DNA of 64,000 nucleotides from Verrucomicrobiota bacterium (GCA_039027815.1 JBCCJK010000009.1:9724-73723); one strand, 5' to 3'. Positions 9,160 to 19,740 are shown, numbered from the stretch's first letter. Program-made: numbers and translations. The notes: a model not told the origin generated them from the letters alone.

Positions 9160-9732
9160 TCAGGCGGCGGCTTTGGCAGGGTTGGCGGGCTTGCGGAAGG
9201 GCATGCCCATGAGGCGCAGCAGGGCGCGGGCGTCCTCGTCTTGGTCGGCCGAGGTCACGATGATGATGTCAAAACCGATCTGGCGCTTGATCTTGTCCAG
9301 TTCGACCTCGGGGAAGATGCTCTGGTCATTGATTCCCAGGCAGTAGTTCCCGCGTCCATCAAAGCTCTTGGGCGAGACGCCGCGGAAGTCGCGAATCCGG
9401 GGCATGGCCGTGAACATGAAGCGCTCCAGAAATTCATACATCTGGCGGCCGCGGAGGGTGACCTTGGCCCCGATTTGCTCGCCTTCGCGCAGCTTGAAGT
9501 TCGCCACGCTCTTTTTGGCCACGGTGGGGACGGGCTTCTGCCCGGTGATGAGCGCGATCTCATCGAGAACATCTTCCACCGCTTGCTTGCGATCGGGTTC
9601 CCGACCGACGCTGCTGTTGAGCACGACCTTTTCGAGCCGGGGGATCTGGTGAACATTCTGGTAACCGAGTTCTTCCTTGAGGGCGGGAACAACCTGTTCG
9701 CGGTAGTGAGTGAGGAGGGCAGGTGCCGACAT
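9160..9732 (-). CDS. rplE: 50S ribosomal protein L5
   Basis: LEKVVLNSSVG...VANFKLREGEQIGAKVTLRG..MYEFLERF. Only 10 nt separate it from rpsH, so there is no rpsN between them. Confidence 0.93.
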   Translation of the reverse strand: MSAPALLTHYREQVVPALKEELGYQNVHQIPRLEKVVLNSSVGREPDRKQAVEDVLDEIALITGQKPVPTVAKKSVANFKLREGEQIGAKVTLRGRQMYEFLERFMFTAMPRIRDFRGVSPKSFDGRGNYCLGINDQSIFPEVELDKIKRQIGFDIIIVTSADQDEDARALLRLMGMPFRKPANPAKAAA

Positions 9733-9764
9733 GACGAATCCTTTCTGAGTGCTTCTGGTGGCCT

Positions 9765-10007
9765 TTAGGAGCCGAGGCGTTGGACTAACTTGACGTTGGA
9801 AATGTGGATGGGGCCCTCCCGCTCTTCGATGCCGCCTTCCGGCTTTTCCTGGGTGGGCTTGATGTGCTTTTTGATGAGACGAACGCCGGTGACATAGACT
9901 TGGTCTTTGCCGACATCGACCCGCTGGATGGTGCCGCTGGCTCCCTTGTGGTTGCCAGCAATGACTTCGACGGAGTCGCCTTTGCGAACGTGGGTTTTGC
10001 TTTTCAT
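9765..10007 (-). CDS. rplX: 50S ribosomal protein L24
   Basis: The C-terminal 80 aa of track ORF 9765..10454 read [30 protein letters not shown].... The ATG is at 10007-10005. The upstream part of the track ORF is out of frame over rplN. Confidence 0.9.
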   Translation of the reverse strand: MKSKTHVRKGDSVEVIAGNHKGASGTIQRVDVGKDQVYVTGVRLIKKHIKPTQEKPEGGIEEREGPIHISNVKLVQRLGS

Positions 10008-10009
10008 CT

Positions 10010-10375
10010 TCAGAGGACCTCGGGGGCCAGGGAAACGATTTTCATGAAGTTTTGCTCGCGCAGCTCGCGGGCGACGGGGCCAAAGATACGGGTGCCCTTG
10101 GGGTTTTTGTCCTTGTCGATGATGACGATGGCATTGGAGTCGAAGCGCAGGATGCTGCCGTCTTCCCGGCGGATGGGAGCAGCCGTTCGCACGACCACGG
10201 CCTCGACGACCGAGCCTTTCTTGACGGCGGCGGTCGGTGAGGATTCGCGCACGTGGGCCTTGATGATATCGCCCACCCCAGCACTCCGGGTGCGCTTTCC
10301 GAGGACGCCGATCATCTTGGCCATCTTGGCCCCGGTGTTGTCGGCCACGTCCAGTTTGCTTTCCATCTGAATCAT
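10010..10375 (-). CDS. rplN: 50S ribosomal protein L14
   Basis: [17 protein letters not shown]...[29 protein letters not shown]. Confidence 0.94.
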   Translation of the reverse strand: MIQMESKLDVADNTGAKMAKMIGVLGKRTRSAGVGDIIKAHVRESSPTAAVKKGSVVEAVVVRTAAPIRREDGSILRFDSNAIVIIDKDKNPKGTRIFGPVARELREQNFMKIVSLAPEVL

Positions 10376-10420
10376 TTGAGTGAGTTCCCTCGGTTGAAAG
10401 GTGTCGGTAAAGGTCGGTGG

Positions 10421-10690
10421 TCAGTGGGCGAGGACTTCCGTCAGCTCCCAGCATTTGGTTTTGCTCATGGGGTTGATCTCGCTCACGCGGACCTTGTCCC
10501 CGATGGCGGCTTCGCCTTTTTCATCGTGGGCGTAGACCTTCTTCGTTTTGCGAATGATCTTGCCGAACTTGGGGTGGGGCACGCGACTCTCGATGGCCAC
10601 CACGATGGTTTTCTCCATCTTGTCCGAGACGACGACGCCGACCCGGGTTTTGCGGGTGGCAGTTTGAGGTGTTTCAGTAGCTTCGCTCAT
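10421..10690 (-). CDS. rpsQ: 30S ribosomal protein S17
   Basis: [42 protein letters not shown]. Confidence 0.93.
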   Translation of the reverse strand: MSEATETPQTATRKTRVGVVVSDKMEKTIVVAIESRVPHPKFGKIIRKTKKVYAHDEKGEAAIGDKVRVSEINPMSKTKCWELTEVLAH

Positions 10691-10710
10691 GGTTCACAAG
10701 GGGAAGTCAG

Positions 10711-10911
10711 TTAGGTGGCGGCAGCGCGCTTCTTTTCGTTTATGAGGGTCTCGATGCGGGCGATGTCTCGGCGCACCAGCTTGAGGCGGGCCGGGTTTTC
10801 CAGTTGCCCGGTTTGTTGCTGGATTCGGAGGTTCAAGGACTCCTCCTTGAGCTCACGGCGTTTCACGGCCAGCTCTTCAATGGTGTTTTCACGTAATTCC
10901 TTGGCTTTCAT
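10711..10911 (-). CDS. rpmC: 50S ribosomal protein L29
   Basis: MKAKELRENTIEELAVKRRELKEESLNLRIQQQTGQLENP..., starting at the internal ATG at 10911-10909 of track ORF 10711..10959. Confidence 0.9.
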   Translation of the reverse strand: MKAKELRENTIEELAVKRRELKEESLNLRIQQQTGQLENPARLKLVRRDIARIETLINEKKRAAAT

Positions 10912-10934
10912 GGGAGAGTCGCGGGCGAGATGGT

Positions 10935-11345
10935 TCAGTTGCGGGTCACGAATCGACAACGGATGCCGAGCTTGTTCGAAGCGAGGCGCATGGCTTCGCG
11001 GGCGGCGCTTTCGGAGACGCCGGATACTTCAAAAAGCATGTTGCCAGGGCGAACCACGGCCACCCAACGGTCGAGCGGCCCCTTGCCCTTCCCCATCCGG
11101 GTTTCCGGCGGACGGGCGGTCACGGGCTTGTGAGGGAAGATGCGAATCCAGACTTTCCCGCGTCGCTTGAGGTAGCGGTTGATCGCGATCCGGCAGGCTT
11201 CGATCTGATTGTTGGTGACCCAGGCGCGACCGAGCGATTGCAGCCCGAAGTCTCCAAAGCTGACTTTCGTCCCGCGCTGGGCCGTACCTCCGCGATTCCC
11301 CCGTTGGGTTTTGCGGAACTTCACTCGTTTCGGCATCAAAGGCAT
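10935..11345 (-). CDS. rplP: 50S ribosomal protein L16
   Basis: [20 protein letters not shown]...[25 protein letters not shown]. Confidence 0.94.
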   Translation of the reverse strand: MPLMPKRVKFRKTQRGNRGGTAQRGTKVSFGDFGLQSLGRAWVTNNQIEACRIAINRYLKRRGKVWIRIFPHKPVTARPPETRMGKGKGPLDRWVAVVRPGNMLFEVSGVSESAAREAMRLASNKLGIRCRFVTRN

Positions 11346-11391
11346 GGCGTGTCTTCTCTCGTGTTAAAATTAGGTGGCAAGCAAATCGGTC

Positions 11392-12081
11392 TCAACGGCG
11401 GCCTCCTCCACCACCACCGGGGCGGCGTCGGCTATTTTCCGCACCCGGCTTGGGCTTGGCGTCGTCGCGCTTGTTGATCCAGCATTTCACGCCGATGATG
11501 CCGTAGACGGTCCGGGCTTCCGCGAATCCGTAGTCGATCGGCACCCGCAGGGTCTGCAAAGGGACTTTGCCTTTCCGATACCATTCGGCTCGAGCGATGT
11601 CGGCCCCGCCGAGGCGACCTGCGCAGCGGAGTCGAATGCCATCCGCGCCGAAGTCCATGGTGGTCTGGACCGAGCGCTTCATGGCACGACGGAAGGAAAC
11701 CCGGCGTTCCAGCTGCAAGGCCACGCTTTCAGCGACCAGTTGGGCGTCCAGCTCAGGAGACTTGATCTCCACGATGTCTAGCTTGACGGCGCTCTCGCTG
11801 ATTTTGCTCAGCTCCTGGGTCATGCGCTCGATTTCCGCGCCTTTGCGACCGATGACCAGACCCGGGCGGGCGGTGTAGAGGGTGACGCGGACGCTGTTCC
11901 AAGCCCGCTCGATCATGACTTTGGAGACGGCTGCAAAGTGAAGTTCCTTGCCCAGCCAGCGGCGGATCCGAAGGTCCCCGTGGAGGTGCTTGGTGAACTC
12001 CTGCTTGCCGGCGAACCACTTGGAGCGCCAGTCCTTGTTGACGGCCAGGCGGAAGCCGATCGGATTTACTTTTCTACCCAT
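11392..12081 (-). CDS. rpsC: 30S ribosomal protein S3
   Basis: MGRKVNPIGFRLAVNKDWRSKWF..., starting at the ATG at 12081-12079. The 50 P/R-rich codons upstream in the track ORF overlap rplV and are rejected. The protein has a G/R-rich C-terminal tail. Confidence 0.92.
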   Translation of the reverse strand: MGRKVNPIGFRLAVNKDWRSKWFAGKQEFTKHLHGDLRIRRWLGKELHFAAVSKVMIERAWNSVRVTLYTARPGLVIGRKGAEIERMTQELSKISESAVKLDIVEIKSPELDAQLVAESVALQLERRVSFRRAMKRSVQTTMDFGADGIRLRCAGRLGGADIARAEWYRKGKVPLQTLRVPIDYGFAEARTVYGIIGVKCWINKRDDAKPKPGAENSRRRPGGGGGGRR

Positions 12082-12088
12082 GGTCGAT

Positions 12089-12556
12089 TCAGTTGGCGGA
12101 TTCTTCGGTTTCGGCGGCCACCGGTTCTTTCGAGGCGGCTTTCTTGGAGGGCTTGGGGGGGCTGGCTTGGGCCGACTGGGCGGCCTCGCTGAGGTCGAAA
12201 GAAGTGCGCTCCTCGGCCTCGGGCGCCTCATCGCTCAAAACCACTTTCAGGTGGCTGGTGCGTTTGTGAATGGGAGAGGCGCCGCCGCGGGCGCGAGGTT
12301 TCCAGCGCTTGAGGACGGGGCCACTGTCGACCACGGCTTCCTTCACGATGAGGCTGTCTCCATCCAGTTCGTGGTTGTTCTCGGCGTTGGCGACGGCCGA
12401 CTTGAGCACCTTGTTGAGCAGCTGGGCGGCTTTCCGCGGAGTGAACGTCAAGACGTCGATGGCAACCGAGGCCGGCAGGCCCTGGATTTCGCGCGCGACG
12501 TCTCTCGCCTTGAGGGGCGAGATGCGCGCGTATTTGTGAATGGCTCGGACTTCCAT
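12089..12556 (-). CDS. rplV: 50S ribosomal protein L22 with a ~45-aa acidic/Ala-Pro-rich C-terminal tail
   Basis: MEVRAIHKYARISPLKARDVAREIQG...RWKPRARGGASPIHKRTSHLKVVL. Confidence 0.93.
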   Translation of the reverse strand: MEVRAIHKYARISPLKARDVAREIQGLPASVAIDVLTFTPRKAAQLLNKVLKSAVANAENNHELDGDSLIVKEAVVDSGPVLKRWKPRARGGASPIHKRTSHLKVVLSDEAPEAEERTSFDLSEAAQSAQASPPKPSKKAASKEPVAAETEESAN

Positions 12557-12576
12557 GGTGGTGTGTGAAGAGTGGT

Positions 12577-13374
12577 TTAGAAAATCTGTTCCACGGAGAC
12601 TTCCGCGAGGTCGTTGTGGGCGATGGCGACTCCGGCCAAGCGGTCGACGATGATGCAGCCGGCAATGTTGTCGCGGACTTCCACCGCCAAGACCTTGGCG
12701 ATGTCCCTCCCATCCCGCTTGATGGTGAAAGGGATATTCGGGGAGACGCCGTCCAGTCGTCCTGTGCCGACCACGACCACTCCCAACTCGCGATTGACGC
12801 CCAGCACCCGGGCCTCGCCCCGGCGGCGCGCCGTGGCCTCCTCGGGCTGCAAGGTTCTTTCCAAAAGGGCCTCGCTCTCAATCAGCTGGACTTGCAGGCG
12901 CTCTTTGGCGTCGTCTCGCAGAACCGGCTCAGCCGCCCGCAGGTAACCAAAGACCGCTTCGCTCAAGGCCAGGAGCTGCTCGGCGAGAAGGTCACTCTCG
13001 GATTCCTCCTCCATGACCCGGGCCAAGGATTGCAGGAGACGCTCTTGCAAGGTCTCCAATCCCTCGCCCGACGCCGCCAAGCCGAGGGCTTCCATCCGCA
13101 GACGGAGAGCCGTGTAGCGCTCGGTCATTTCTTCTTTCTGGAGGTTGGCCGCGGCCAGGGATTCGCCAAAGCTTTCCAGCCTCTCCTGGGCCTGTTGGAG
13201 TTGCCCCCGGAGTTCGACGTTTTTGCGGAGCGCGTCTTCCACCACCATGTTGAGATCGGCGATCTCTTGGCGCAAGAGCTCCGTGCCTCCCGCCTCCTGA
13301 GCACCCGCCTGCGCCACCGCGACCACAAGGGCGGTCGAGGCGAGAGCGAGGGCTCTGGAGAACGAAAGGGTCAT
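12577..13374 (-). CDS. Hypothetical secreted or membrane-anchored coiled-coil protein embedded in the S10 operon
   Basis: 265-aa ORF with an ATG start. The N-terminus resembles a signal peptide (MTLSFSRALALASTALVVAVAQAGAQ). About 150 aa are heptad-like and rich in E/L/Q/R, followed by a C-terminal ~75 aa beta-rich segment (VLGVNRELGVVVVGTGRLDGVSPNIPFTIKRDGRDIAKVLAVEV). It is on the same strand as rpsS and rplV, 19-20 nt from each. Its composition is unlike the R/P/G-rich shadow ORFs. Confidence 0.7.
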   Translation of the reverse strand: MTLSFSRALALASTALVVAVAQAGAQEAGGTELLRQEIADLNMVVEDALRKNVELRGQLQQAQERLESFGESLAAANLQKEEMTERYTALRLRMEALGLAASGEGLETLQERLLQSLARVMEEESESDLLAEQLLALSEAVFGYLRAAEPVLRDDAKERLQVQLIESEALLERTLQPEEATARRRGEARVLGVNRELGVVVVGTGRLDGVSPNIPFTIKRDGRDIAKVLAVEVRDNIAGCIIVDRLAGVAIAHNDLAEVSVEQIF

Positions 13375-13393
13375 CGGAACGATTGAAGGAAAG

Positions 13394-13663
13394 TTATTTC
13401 TTGGTGTGGGATCCGTGGGTCAGGAACTTCCGCGTGGGGGAGAATTCGCCCAGTTTGTGACCGACCATGTTTTCAGAAACATAGACGGTCACGAAGTCTT
13501 TCCCGTTGTGGACCATGAAGGTGTGGCCGACGAAATCGGGCGTGATCATGGAGCGGCGCGACCAGGTCTTGATAGGCCGTTTCTGCCCCGAGTCGGTCAT
13601 GTCCTCAATTTTCCAGAGGAGCTTTTGATCGACGAAGGGACCTTTTTTCAGTGAGCGTGGCAT
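13394..13663 (-). CDS. rpsS: 30S ribosomal protein S19
   Basis: [12 protein letters not shown]...[23 protein letters not shown]. Confidence 0.94.
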   Translation of the reverse strand: MPRSLKKGPFVDQKLLWKIEDMTDSGQKRPIKTWSRRSMITPDFVGHTFMVHNGKDFVTVYVSENMVGHKLGEFSPTRKFLTHGSHTKK

Positions 13664-13684
13664 GAGAGATCAGGGTGTCAGCGG

Positions 13685-14527
13685 TTAGCGCTTCTTGGTC
13701 TTGCGGCCTTGCACAATGAAGGCTCCAGAAGGTTTGTATTTCTTGCGGGTCTTCTGCCCCTTGGTGTGGCCCCAGGGGCTCTTGAGGTGCTGGCGTCCCC
13801 CACCCGATTTCGATTTGCCTTCCCCACCGCCGTTCGGGTGATCGACCGGGTTCATGCACATGCCGCGCACGGTCGGGCGGATGCCCTGCCAGCGGGTGCG
13901 CCCGGCTTTGCCCGAGACTTCGTTCATGTGATCGCGGTTTCCGACCTGGCCAATGGTGGCGAAGCACTCGACGCGGATCTTGCGGATTTCTCCGGACGGC
14001 AGTTTCACGAGGGCGTAGCTGCCTTCGCGGTTAGAGAGGATGGCCTCTTGCCCGGCGGCGCGGGCGATTTTTCCACCACGACCCGCGGTCAGCTCGACGT
14101 TGTGAATGGAAGTTCCCAAGGGAATGAGAGAGAGCGGCAGGGCATTCCCGACCTTGGGCTCGGCCTTTTCGCCCGACTGGACCTTGGACCCCACCTTGAT
14201 GCCAACGGGAGCCAGGATGTAGCTTTTCTGGCCGTCTTCGTATTCGATGAGCGCGATGCGGCAAGTCCGGTTCGGATCATACTCGATGGCGATGACCTTA
14301 GCGGGGACGTCGTGCTTCTGACGCTTGAAGTCGATGAGACGATACTTGCGCTTGTGACCACCGCCGATGTGGCGGCAGGTGATGCGTCCGGTGTTGTTCC
14401 GGCCACCGCTTTTTTTGATGGGCTCAGTGAGCGACTTTTCGGGATCCTTTTTGGTGATCTCCTCAAAGGTCGGCCACGCCTTGTAGCGGTTGGAAGGGGT
14501 GACGGGATTAAAACGCTTGGTAGGCAT
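13685..14527 (-). CDS. rplB: 50S ribosomal protein L2
   Basis: [21 protein letters not shown]...[14 protein letters not shown]. Confidence 0.95.
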   Translation of the reverse strand: MPTKRFNPVTPSNRYKAWPTFEEITKKDPEKSLTEPIKKSGGRNNTGRITCRHIGGGHKRKYRLIDFKRQKHDVPAKVIAIEYDPNRTCRIALIEYEDGQKSYILAPVGIKVGSKVQSGEKAEPKVGNALPLSLIPLGTSIHNVELTAGRGGKIARAAGQEAILSNREGSYALVKLPSGEIRKIRVECFATIGQVGNRDHMNEVSGKAGRTRWQGIRPTVRGMCMNPVDHPNGGGEGKSKSGGGRQHLKSPWGHTKGQKTRKKYKPSGAFIVQGRKTKKR

Positions 14528-14569
14528 GATGGAATCTCCTTGCGTGTTTCAGGAAAAGTTCAGAGGGGC

Positions 14570-14854
14570 TTAGACCAGTTCGAGGCTCTCGCCTTCTTTC
14601 AGTTTGACGATGGCCTTCTTCCACTTGGCGGTGGTGCCAAAGGCTTGACGGTTACGGCGTTTTTTCTTGCCGGCGTAATTGCAAGTGCGGACGCCATCGA
14701 CTTGTTTGCCAAAGAGCTTCTCGACCGCTTGCTTGATCTCCAGCTTGGTGGAGCGGGGATCGACCTTGAAGACATACTCATTATTCAGCTCGCTCAGGAG
14801 AGTGGCCTTTTCGCTCAGCTGGATGGTCTTGATGACTTGAAAGAGGTCCTTCAT
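14570..14854 (-). CDS. rplW: 50S ribosomal protein L23
   Basis: LSEKATLLSELNNEYVFKVDPRSTKLEIKQAVEKLFGKQV, in the S10-operon position. Confidence 0.92.
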   Translation of the reverse strand: MKDLFQVIKTIQLSEKATLLSELNNEYVFKVDPRSTKLEIKQAVEKLFGKQVDGVRTCNYAGKKKRRNRQAFGTTAKWKKAIVKLKEGESLELV

Positions 14855-15465
14855 GATTTCTTGCTCCTTTCGACGAGAGCGGTCAGGGCGCCCTGGGTGA
14901 GGATGATTTGGTCGGAGGCCAACAACTGCTCGACATTGACCTCGGCAGAAGTCATCAGCAGCACGTTGCCCACATTGCGCCCCGCTAAGTAGGTGGCCTC
15001 TTCAAAGCCCGTCGAGACGATCAGGACGGTGGCGGCCTTTGTCAGGTCGCTGACTGCGCTCACAAACTGTTTGGTCTTCGGCTCGCGCACCCCAAACTCG
15101 TCCACCAGGAGAATGTCTCCGGCAGCGATGCGCTCGGTGAGCACTTTTCTCAGGGCCAGACGGGCCGTGTTGCGGGTGACCTTTTTCGAGTAATCGCGGG
15201 GACGAGGGCCGAAAACCACGCCCCCACCTGTCCAGATGGGAGACTTTTTGGAACCAGCCCGAGCCCGACCCGTGCCTTTTTGCTTCCAAGGCTTTTTGTC
15301 GCTCCCGCGAACTTCGCCACGGGTCTTGGTGTTGGCGGTTCCCGAGCGTCGATTGGCGCGGAGAGCCACCACCACGTCGTGCACCGCCTGGGACCCTTTG
15401 TCGCCTTCCACGACCTCGAGTTGGGCCGACTTGGCGTCATCTAAAGTAAGAACGTTGGCTGCCAT
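14851..15465 (-). CDS. rplD: 50S ribosomal protein L4
   Basis: [40 protein letters not shown]. It overlaps rplW by 4 nt. Confidence 0.94.
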   Translation of the reverse strand: MAANVLTLDDAKSAQLEVVEGDKGSQAVHDVVVALRANRRSGTANTKTRGEVRGSDKKPWKQKGTGRARAGSKKSPIWTGGGVVFGPRPRDYSKKVTRNTARLALRKVLTERIAAGDILLVDEFGVREPKTKQFVSAVSDLTKAATVLIVSTGFEEATYLAGRNVGNVLLMTSAEVNVEQLLASDQIILTQGALTALVERSKKS

Positions 15466-15486
15466 GATTTACAATTCCTTCCTATT

Positions 15487-16140
15487 TCAGGCCTTGGCGG
15501 CGGCGGGTTTTTTCTTGGCCGGGCGGACGATGACGTAGCTGCCGCGAGAGCCGGGGACGCAGCCGCTCACCAGAATGACGCCGTCCTCGGGGCGGGTTTC
15601 CACGATCTTCAAATTTTGCACGGTCCGGCGAGCGCCACCGTCCCGACCTGGCATTTCCTTGCCTTTCCAGACCCGACCCGGCCAAGCACAGCCACCGATG
15701 CCACCTGGGCGACGATGCATCATGGAGCCGTGGGTCATCCGTTGGCCTGCGAAGCCGTGGCGCTTGACCACTCCTTGGAAGCCTTTGCCCTTGGTCGTCC
15801 CGATGACGTCGACCCATTGGTCTTTCTGGTAGAGCGCGGCCCCGGGATTTTCGGCCCCTTTTTCGGGCAGCTCCTCAGCGTTCACCCGAAACTCGCGCAC
15901 CAGGTATTTCGACTTTCCGCCTTGGGCCTTGAAGTGGCCTTGGAGCGGCTTGCTTACGCGTTGGTCTTTTTTATCGTCGTAACCGACTTGGACCGCGCTG
16001 TAGCCATCGATCTCTTCGGTCCGGCGCTGAAGGTATTCGTTCCCTTGCACGTCGATGACCGTGACTGGAGTCATGACTCCCGAATCCTTATCATAGATTC
16101 GAGTCATCCCGATTTTCTTACCAAGTAGTCCTAGGCTCAT
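15487..16140 (-). CDS. rplC: 50S ribosomal protein L3
   Basis: [12 protein letters not shown]...[21 protein letters not shown]. Confidence 0.94.
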   Translation of the reverse strand: MSLGLLGKKIGMTRIYDKDSGVMTPVTVIDVQGNEYLQRRTEEIDGYSAVQVGYDDKKDQRVSKPLQGHFKAQGGKSKYLVREFRVNAEELPEKGAENPGAALYQKDQWVDVIGTTKGKGFQGVVKRHGFAGQRMTHGSMMHRRPGGIGGCAWPGRVWKGKEMPGRDGGARRTVQNLKIVETRPEDGVILVSGCVPGSRGSYVIVRPAKKKPAAAKA

Positions 16141-16160
16141 GAGGAAGTTCCCTGCGGTGA

Positions 16161-16475
16161 TTAGATTTTGATGGCGATGTCGACCCCGGCCGGAAGGTTG
16201 AGCTTTTTCAGCTCGTCCACGGTCTGGGCGGTCGGGTCCACGATGTCGAGCATCCGCTTGTGCGTCCGGATCTCGAACTGCTCAGCCGATTTTTTGCTGA
16301 CGTGGACCGAGCGATTGACACTGAATTTTTCGAGGCGCGTGGGAAGCGGGATCGGGCCCGCCACTTTGGCGCCGGTTCGCTTGGCCGTTTCCACGATATC
16401 GCCAGCCGACTTGTCCAGGACCGTCGAGTCGTAAGCCCGGAGGCGAATGCGTATTTTTTGATTCTGCATGACCAT
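16161..16475 (-). CDS. rpsJ: 30S ribosomal protein S10
   Basis: [11 protein letters not shown]...GPIPLPTR...[12 protein letters not shown]. The start is the ATG at 16475 or at 16469. Confidence 0.94.
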   Translation of the reverse strand: MVMQNQKIRIRLRAYDSTVLDKSAGDIVETAKRTGAKVAGPIPLPTRLEKFSVNRSVHVSKKSAEQFEIRTHKRMLDIVDPTAQTVDELKKLNLPAGVDIAIKI

Positions 16476-16493
16476 GGTGTGAGGGGAAAAGGT

Positions 16494-18659
16494 TCAGTAG
16501 CCGCCGCCGCGTAGCTCGACGATTTCGTTGACAATGTTTTGGGGGACTTCCTCGAAGTGGGAAGGCTCCATGGAGTAATCGGCCCGCCCGCTTGAGAGGG
16601 TCCGAATGACGGTGGAGTAACCAAACATCTCGGCGAGGGGGACTTCGGCCCGGACTACGCTAAGATTTCCGCGCGTTTCCATGGAGGAAATCTTGCCGCG
16701 ACGGCGATTGAGGTCTCCCATGATGTCGCCCTGGTAGTCCTCCGGGGTATTGCATTCGACCGCCATGAGCGGCTCCAAGAGAATGGTCTGGGCCTTTTTG
16801 AATCCGTCCTTCATGGCGAAAATGGCTGCCATTTTGAAGGCTCCTTCATTCGAGTCGACTTCATGGTAAGAACCATCGGTGATCTCGACGTGCAGATCGA
16901 TGACCGGGCTGCCCGCGATGGGACCATTGATGGTGGCCTCTCTCACGCCGGCAAAAACAGCGTTCATGAATTCCTTGGGGATGGCACCACCAACGACCTT
17001 GTTTTCCGTAGTCAAGCCCTGCCCCCGTTCGTTCGGGCGCATGCTGAGGACGACGTGCCCGTATTGCCCACGGCCACCGGATTGTTTCACCAATTTGCCC
17101 TCGCCCTCGGCTGCCAGGGTGATCGTTTCCCGATAGGCAATCTGGGGCTTGCCGGCGTTGGCATCCACTTTGAATTCGCGGAGTAGCCGGTCTTTGATGA
17201 TTTCCAGATGGAGTTCTCCCATGCCGGAAATGATGGTTTGCCCGGTTTCCTCATCGGTCTTGACGACAAAGGTGGGGTCCTCCTCGGAAAGGCGCTGGAG
17301 GGCGGCCGCCATTTTTTCTTGGTCGGCCGTGGTCCTCGGCTCAATCGCCATCGAGATGACTGGCTCGGGGAAGGAAGGCGGCTCCAGGAGGATATCATGG
17401 CCGATGACTGTCAGCGTGTCCCCTGTCTGGACGTTCTTGAGTCCCACCATGGCGGCGATGTCTCCGGAATGACAGGCTTCGACATCGGTTTGCTCGTTCG
17501 ACTGGATGCGAATGAGACGCCCGACCCGCTCTTTCTTGCGAGTGCGCGGGTTGTAGACGGCGTCGCCCTTGGCGATGCTCCCTGAGTAGACCCGGAAGAA
17601 GACCAAGCGGCCGAATTTGTCACTCCAGAGCTTGAAGGCTAGCGCCACAAATTTCTCACTGTCGCCGGTGACGATCTCAAAGGTCTTCTCTTCCTGGTGG
17701 GCATCGTGAGCCACGGTCGCGGCCACGTCCAGCGGGCCGGGGAGGTAGTCGATGACGGCGTCCAAGAGATACTGAACCCCCTTGTTCTTAAAGGCCGAGC
17801 CGCCAGCTACCGGGACAATCCGATTGGCGATGGTGGCGCGGCGGATCGCCGCTTTCAAGTCAGCGGAACCGATCTCCTCTTCCAGGAGGAATTTCTCGCC
17901 GAGTTCCTCGTCCTCATTGGCGACGGTATCGAGCAATTCCTGGTAGGCGGCCTCGGCTTGCTCTTTCAAGGTCTCGCTCAACTCTTCCACGACATAGGTG
18001 GACCCAAAGACGTCGTCATCGCGGTAGAGAATGGCCTTTTGATTGATGACGTCGATCTGGCCTTTGAGCTGTTCCTCCGCCCCAATCGGGATCAAGATGG
18101 GAACGGCAATCGCCCCCAGCTTTTCACGAATGTCACTCACCACATGAGCGAAGTTGGCCCCGGTCCGGTCCATTTTATTCACGAAGGCGATCCGAGGAAC
18201 CTTGTATTTGGTGGCCTGCCTCCACACGGTTTCCGACTGGGGCTGGACTCCGGCCACTCCGCAGAACACGGCGATGCAGCCATCCAAGACCCGGAGTGAC
18301 CGCTCGACCTCGGCTGTGAAGTCGACGTGTCCGGGAGTGTCGATGATGTTGACTCGGTGCTTGATGTCATCGCGAGACTTGAACACTCCCTCCTCCGCAT
18401 GCTGCCACCATTCGCAGCTGACCGCGGCCGAGGTGATGGTGATACCCCGTTCCTGCTCCTGCTCCATCCAATCGGTGGTGGCGGCCCCATCGTGGACCTC
18501 ACCGATTTTGTGGATCATGCCGGTGTAAAAGAGAATCCGCTCCGTCAGAGTGGTCTTCCCCGCATCGATATGGGCCGCAATCCCAATGTTCCGCGTGTGT
18601 TCCAAGGGGAACTTGCGGTTCGGGTGATTGACAGCCTGGTCTATCGACGCAGAGGACAT
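16494..18659 (-). CDS. fusA: Elongation factor G
   Basis: 721 aa with [25 protein letters not shown] and DTPGHVDF. It is followed directly by rpsJ, with an 18-nt gap and no tuf. Confidence 0.95.
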   Translation of the reverse strand: MSSASIDQAVNHPNRKFPLEHTRNIGIAAHIDAGKTTLTERILFYTGMIHKIGEVHDGAATTDWMEQEQERGITITSAAVSCEWWQHAEEGVFKSRDDIKHRVNIIDTPGHVDFTAEVERSLRVLDGCIAVFCGVAGVQPQSETVWRQATKYKVPRIAFVNKMDRTGANFAHVVSDIREKLGAIAVPILIPIGAEEQLKGQIDVINQKAILYRDDDVFGSTYVVEELSETLKEQAEAAYQELLDTVANEDEELGEKFLLEEEIGSADLKAAIRRATIANRIVPVAGGSAFKNKGVQYLLDAVIDYLPGPLDVAATVAHDAHQEEKTFEIVTGDSEKFVALAFKLWSDKFGRLVFFRVYSGSIAKGDAVYNPRTRKKERVGRLIRIQSNEQTDVEACHSGDIAAMVGLKNVQTGDTLTVIGHDILLEPPSFPEPVISMAIEPRTTADQEKMAAALQRLSEEDPTFVVKTDEETGQTIISGMGELHLEIIKDRLLREFKVDANAGKPQIAYRETITLAAEGEGKLVKQSGGRGQYGHVVLSMRPNERGQGLTTENKVVGGAIPKEFMNAVFAGVREATINGPIAGSPVIDLHVEITDGSYHEVDSNEGAFKMAAIFAMKDGFKKAQTILLEPLMAVECNTPEDYQGDIMGDLNRRRGKISSMETRGNLSVVRAEVPLAEMFGYSTVIRTLSSGRADYSMEPSHFEEVPQNIVNEIVELRGGGY

Positions 18660-18695
18660 CTGGAGGGTGGCGGAAATGGCGGGAGTGGGTTGGGT

Positions 18696-19169
18696 TTACC
18701 AGCGGAAGTGGGCGAAGGCGCGGTTGGCCTGGGCCATCTTGTGGATTTCATCGCGCCGACGGATGGCACTCCCTTGGTTGGTGGAGGCGTCCTTGATTTC
18801 ATTCGCCAGCGCCACATGCATGGGGACGCCGCGACGTTTGCGGGCGAATTGCACTAGCCAACGCATGGCGAGTGATTCTTGGCGATCGGGAGCAACTTCC
18901 AGCGGCACCTGGTAGGTGGCTCCGCCTACTCGGCGGGACTTCACCTCGACCCGAGGCTTGGCGTTTTCGATGGCGCGGTTGAGCACTTCGATGGGATCGA
19001 CGGCATCGGTCCCTTGATTGGAGCGTTCGATGGCCGCGTAGACGATGCGCTCGGCGAGGGCTTTCTTCCCTTTCGCCATGACCCGGCTGATGAGGCGGGC
19101 CACCATGGAGCTGTCGTAACGAGGGTCGTGGACCTCTGGCTTGTGGTGAACTTTGCGTCGGCGTGACAT
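18696..19169 (-). CDS. rpsG: 30S ribosomal protein S7
   Basis: DPRYDS..VARLISRVM..GKK..AERIVY...VEVKSRRVGGATYQVP. Confidence 0.94.
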   Translation of the reverse strand: MSRRRKVHHKPEVHDPRYDSSMVARLISRVMAKGKKALAERIVYAAIERSNQGTDAVDPIEVLNRAIENAKPRVEVKSRRVGGATYQVPLEVAPDRQESLAMRWLVQFARKRRGVPMHVALANEIKDASTNQGSAIRRRDEIHKMAQANRAFAHFRW

Positions 19170-19193
19170 AAAAAGATTCCGGTTGAGATAGGA

Positions 19194-19565
19194 TTACTTC
19201 GGTCGCTTCGCTCCATACTTGGACCGGCCCTGGCGACGCTTATCGACTCCCAGGGTATCGAGGGCACCTCGGACGATGTGATAGCGCACCCCTGGCAGGT
19301 CCTTGACCCGGCCCCCGCGGACCAGCACGATAGAGTGCTCTTGAAGATTGTGCCCTTCCCCCCCGATGTAGGCGATGACCTCAAACCCATTGGTCAAGCG
19401 CACCTTGGCCACCTTTCGGAGCGCCGAGTTCGGCTTTTTGGGCGTCCGGGTCATGACCTGGAGACAGACGCCGCGCCGTTGAGGACAATTGCTAAGTGCC
19501 GGAGATTTTGACTTCTCCACCGGGACATGACGTCCTTTTCGAACGAGTTGATTGATCGTTGGCAT
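19194..19565 (-). CDS. rpsL: 30S ribosomal protein S12
   Basis: [12 protein letters not shown]...[20 protein letters not shown]...[15 protein letters not shown]. Confidence 0.95.
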   Translation of the reverse strand: MPTINQLVRKGRHVPVEKSKSPALSNCPQRRGVCLQVMTRTPKKPNSALRKVAKVRLTNGFEVIAYIGGEGHNLQEHSIVLVRGGRVKDLPGVRYHIVRGALDTLGVDKRRQGRSKYGAKRPK

Positions 19566-19740
19566 TCCGTGTCTGCGCAGTGATTAGGGGCGGGACGGGC
19601 GCAGTCGGAATCGCGGTCGCGAGTTCGATCAACAGCAGCCTCTTTTCCGGAGCTGCACCCGATAGTTCCTGATGGTGTTGAGTCCCAGAAGCTTCAGGAA
19701 AGATCCCGATAAAGGATCGCCGCTGAGACTGAGGGCGGCG

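Noticed and set aside
9765-10454. Long N-terminal extensions in track ORFs: L24 at 229 aa, S3 at 279 aa, L29 at 82 aa, HAD at 341 aa, TetR at 297 aa and GH55-like at 891 aa
   Set aside because: The extensions overlap the preceding gene or intergenic DNA and are P/R/G-rich. Internal ATG or GTG codons give proteins of canonical length with proper N-termini.
12565-13386. 273-aa plus-strand ORF opposite the coiled-coil gene in the S10 operon
   Set aside because: It is antisense to the operon direction and has a shadow-like composition (G/D/R/Q/L runs, no start context). The minus-strand frame, by contrast, has a signal peptide and heptad periodicity and fits the operon spacing.
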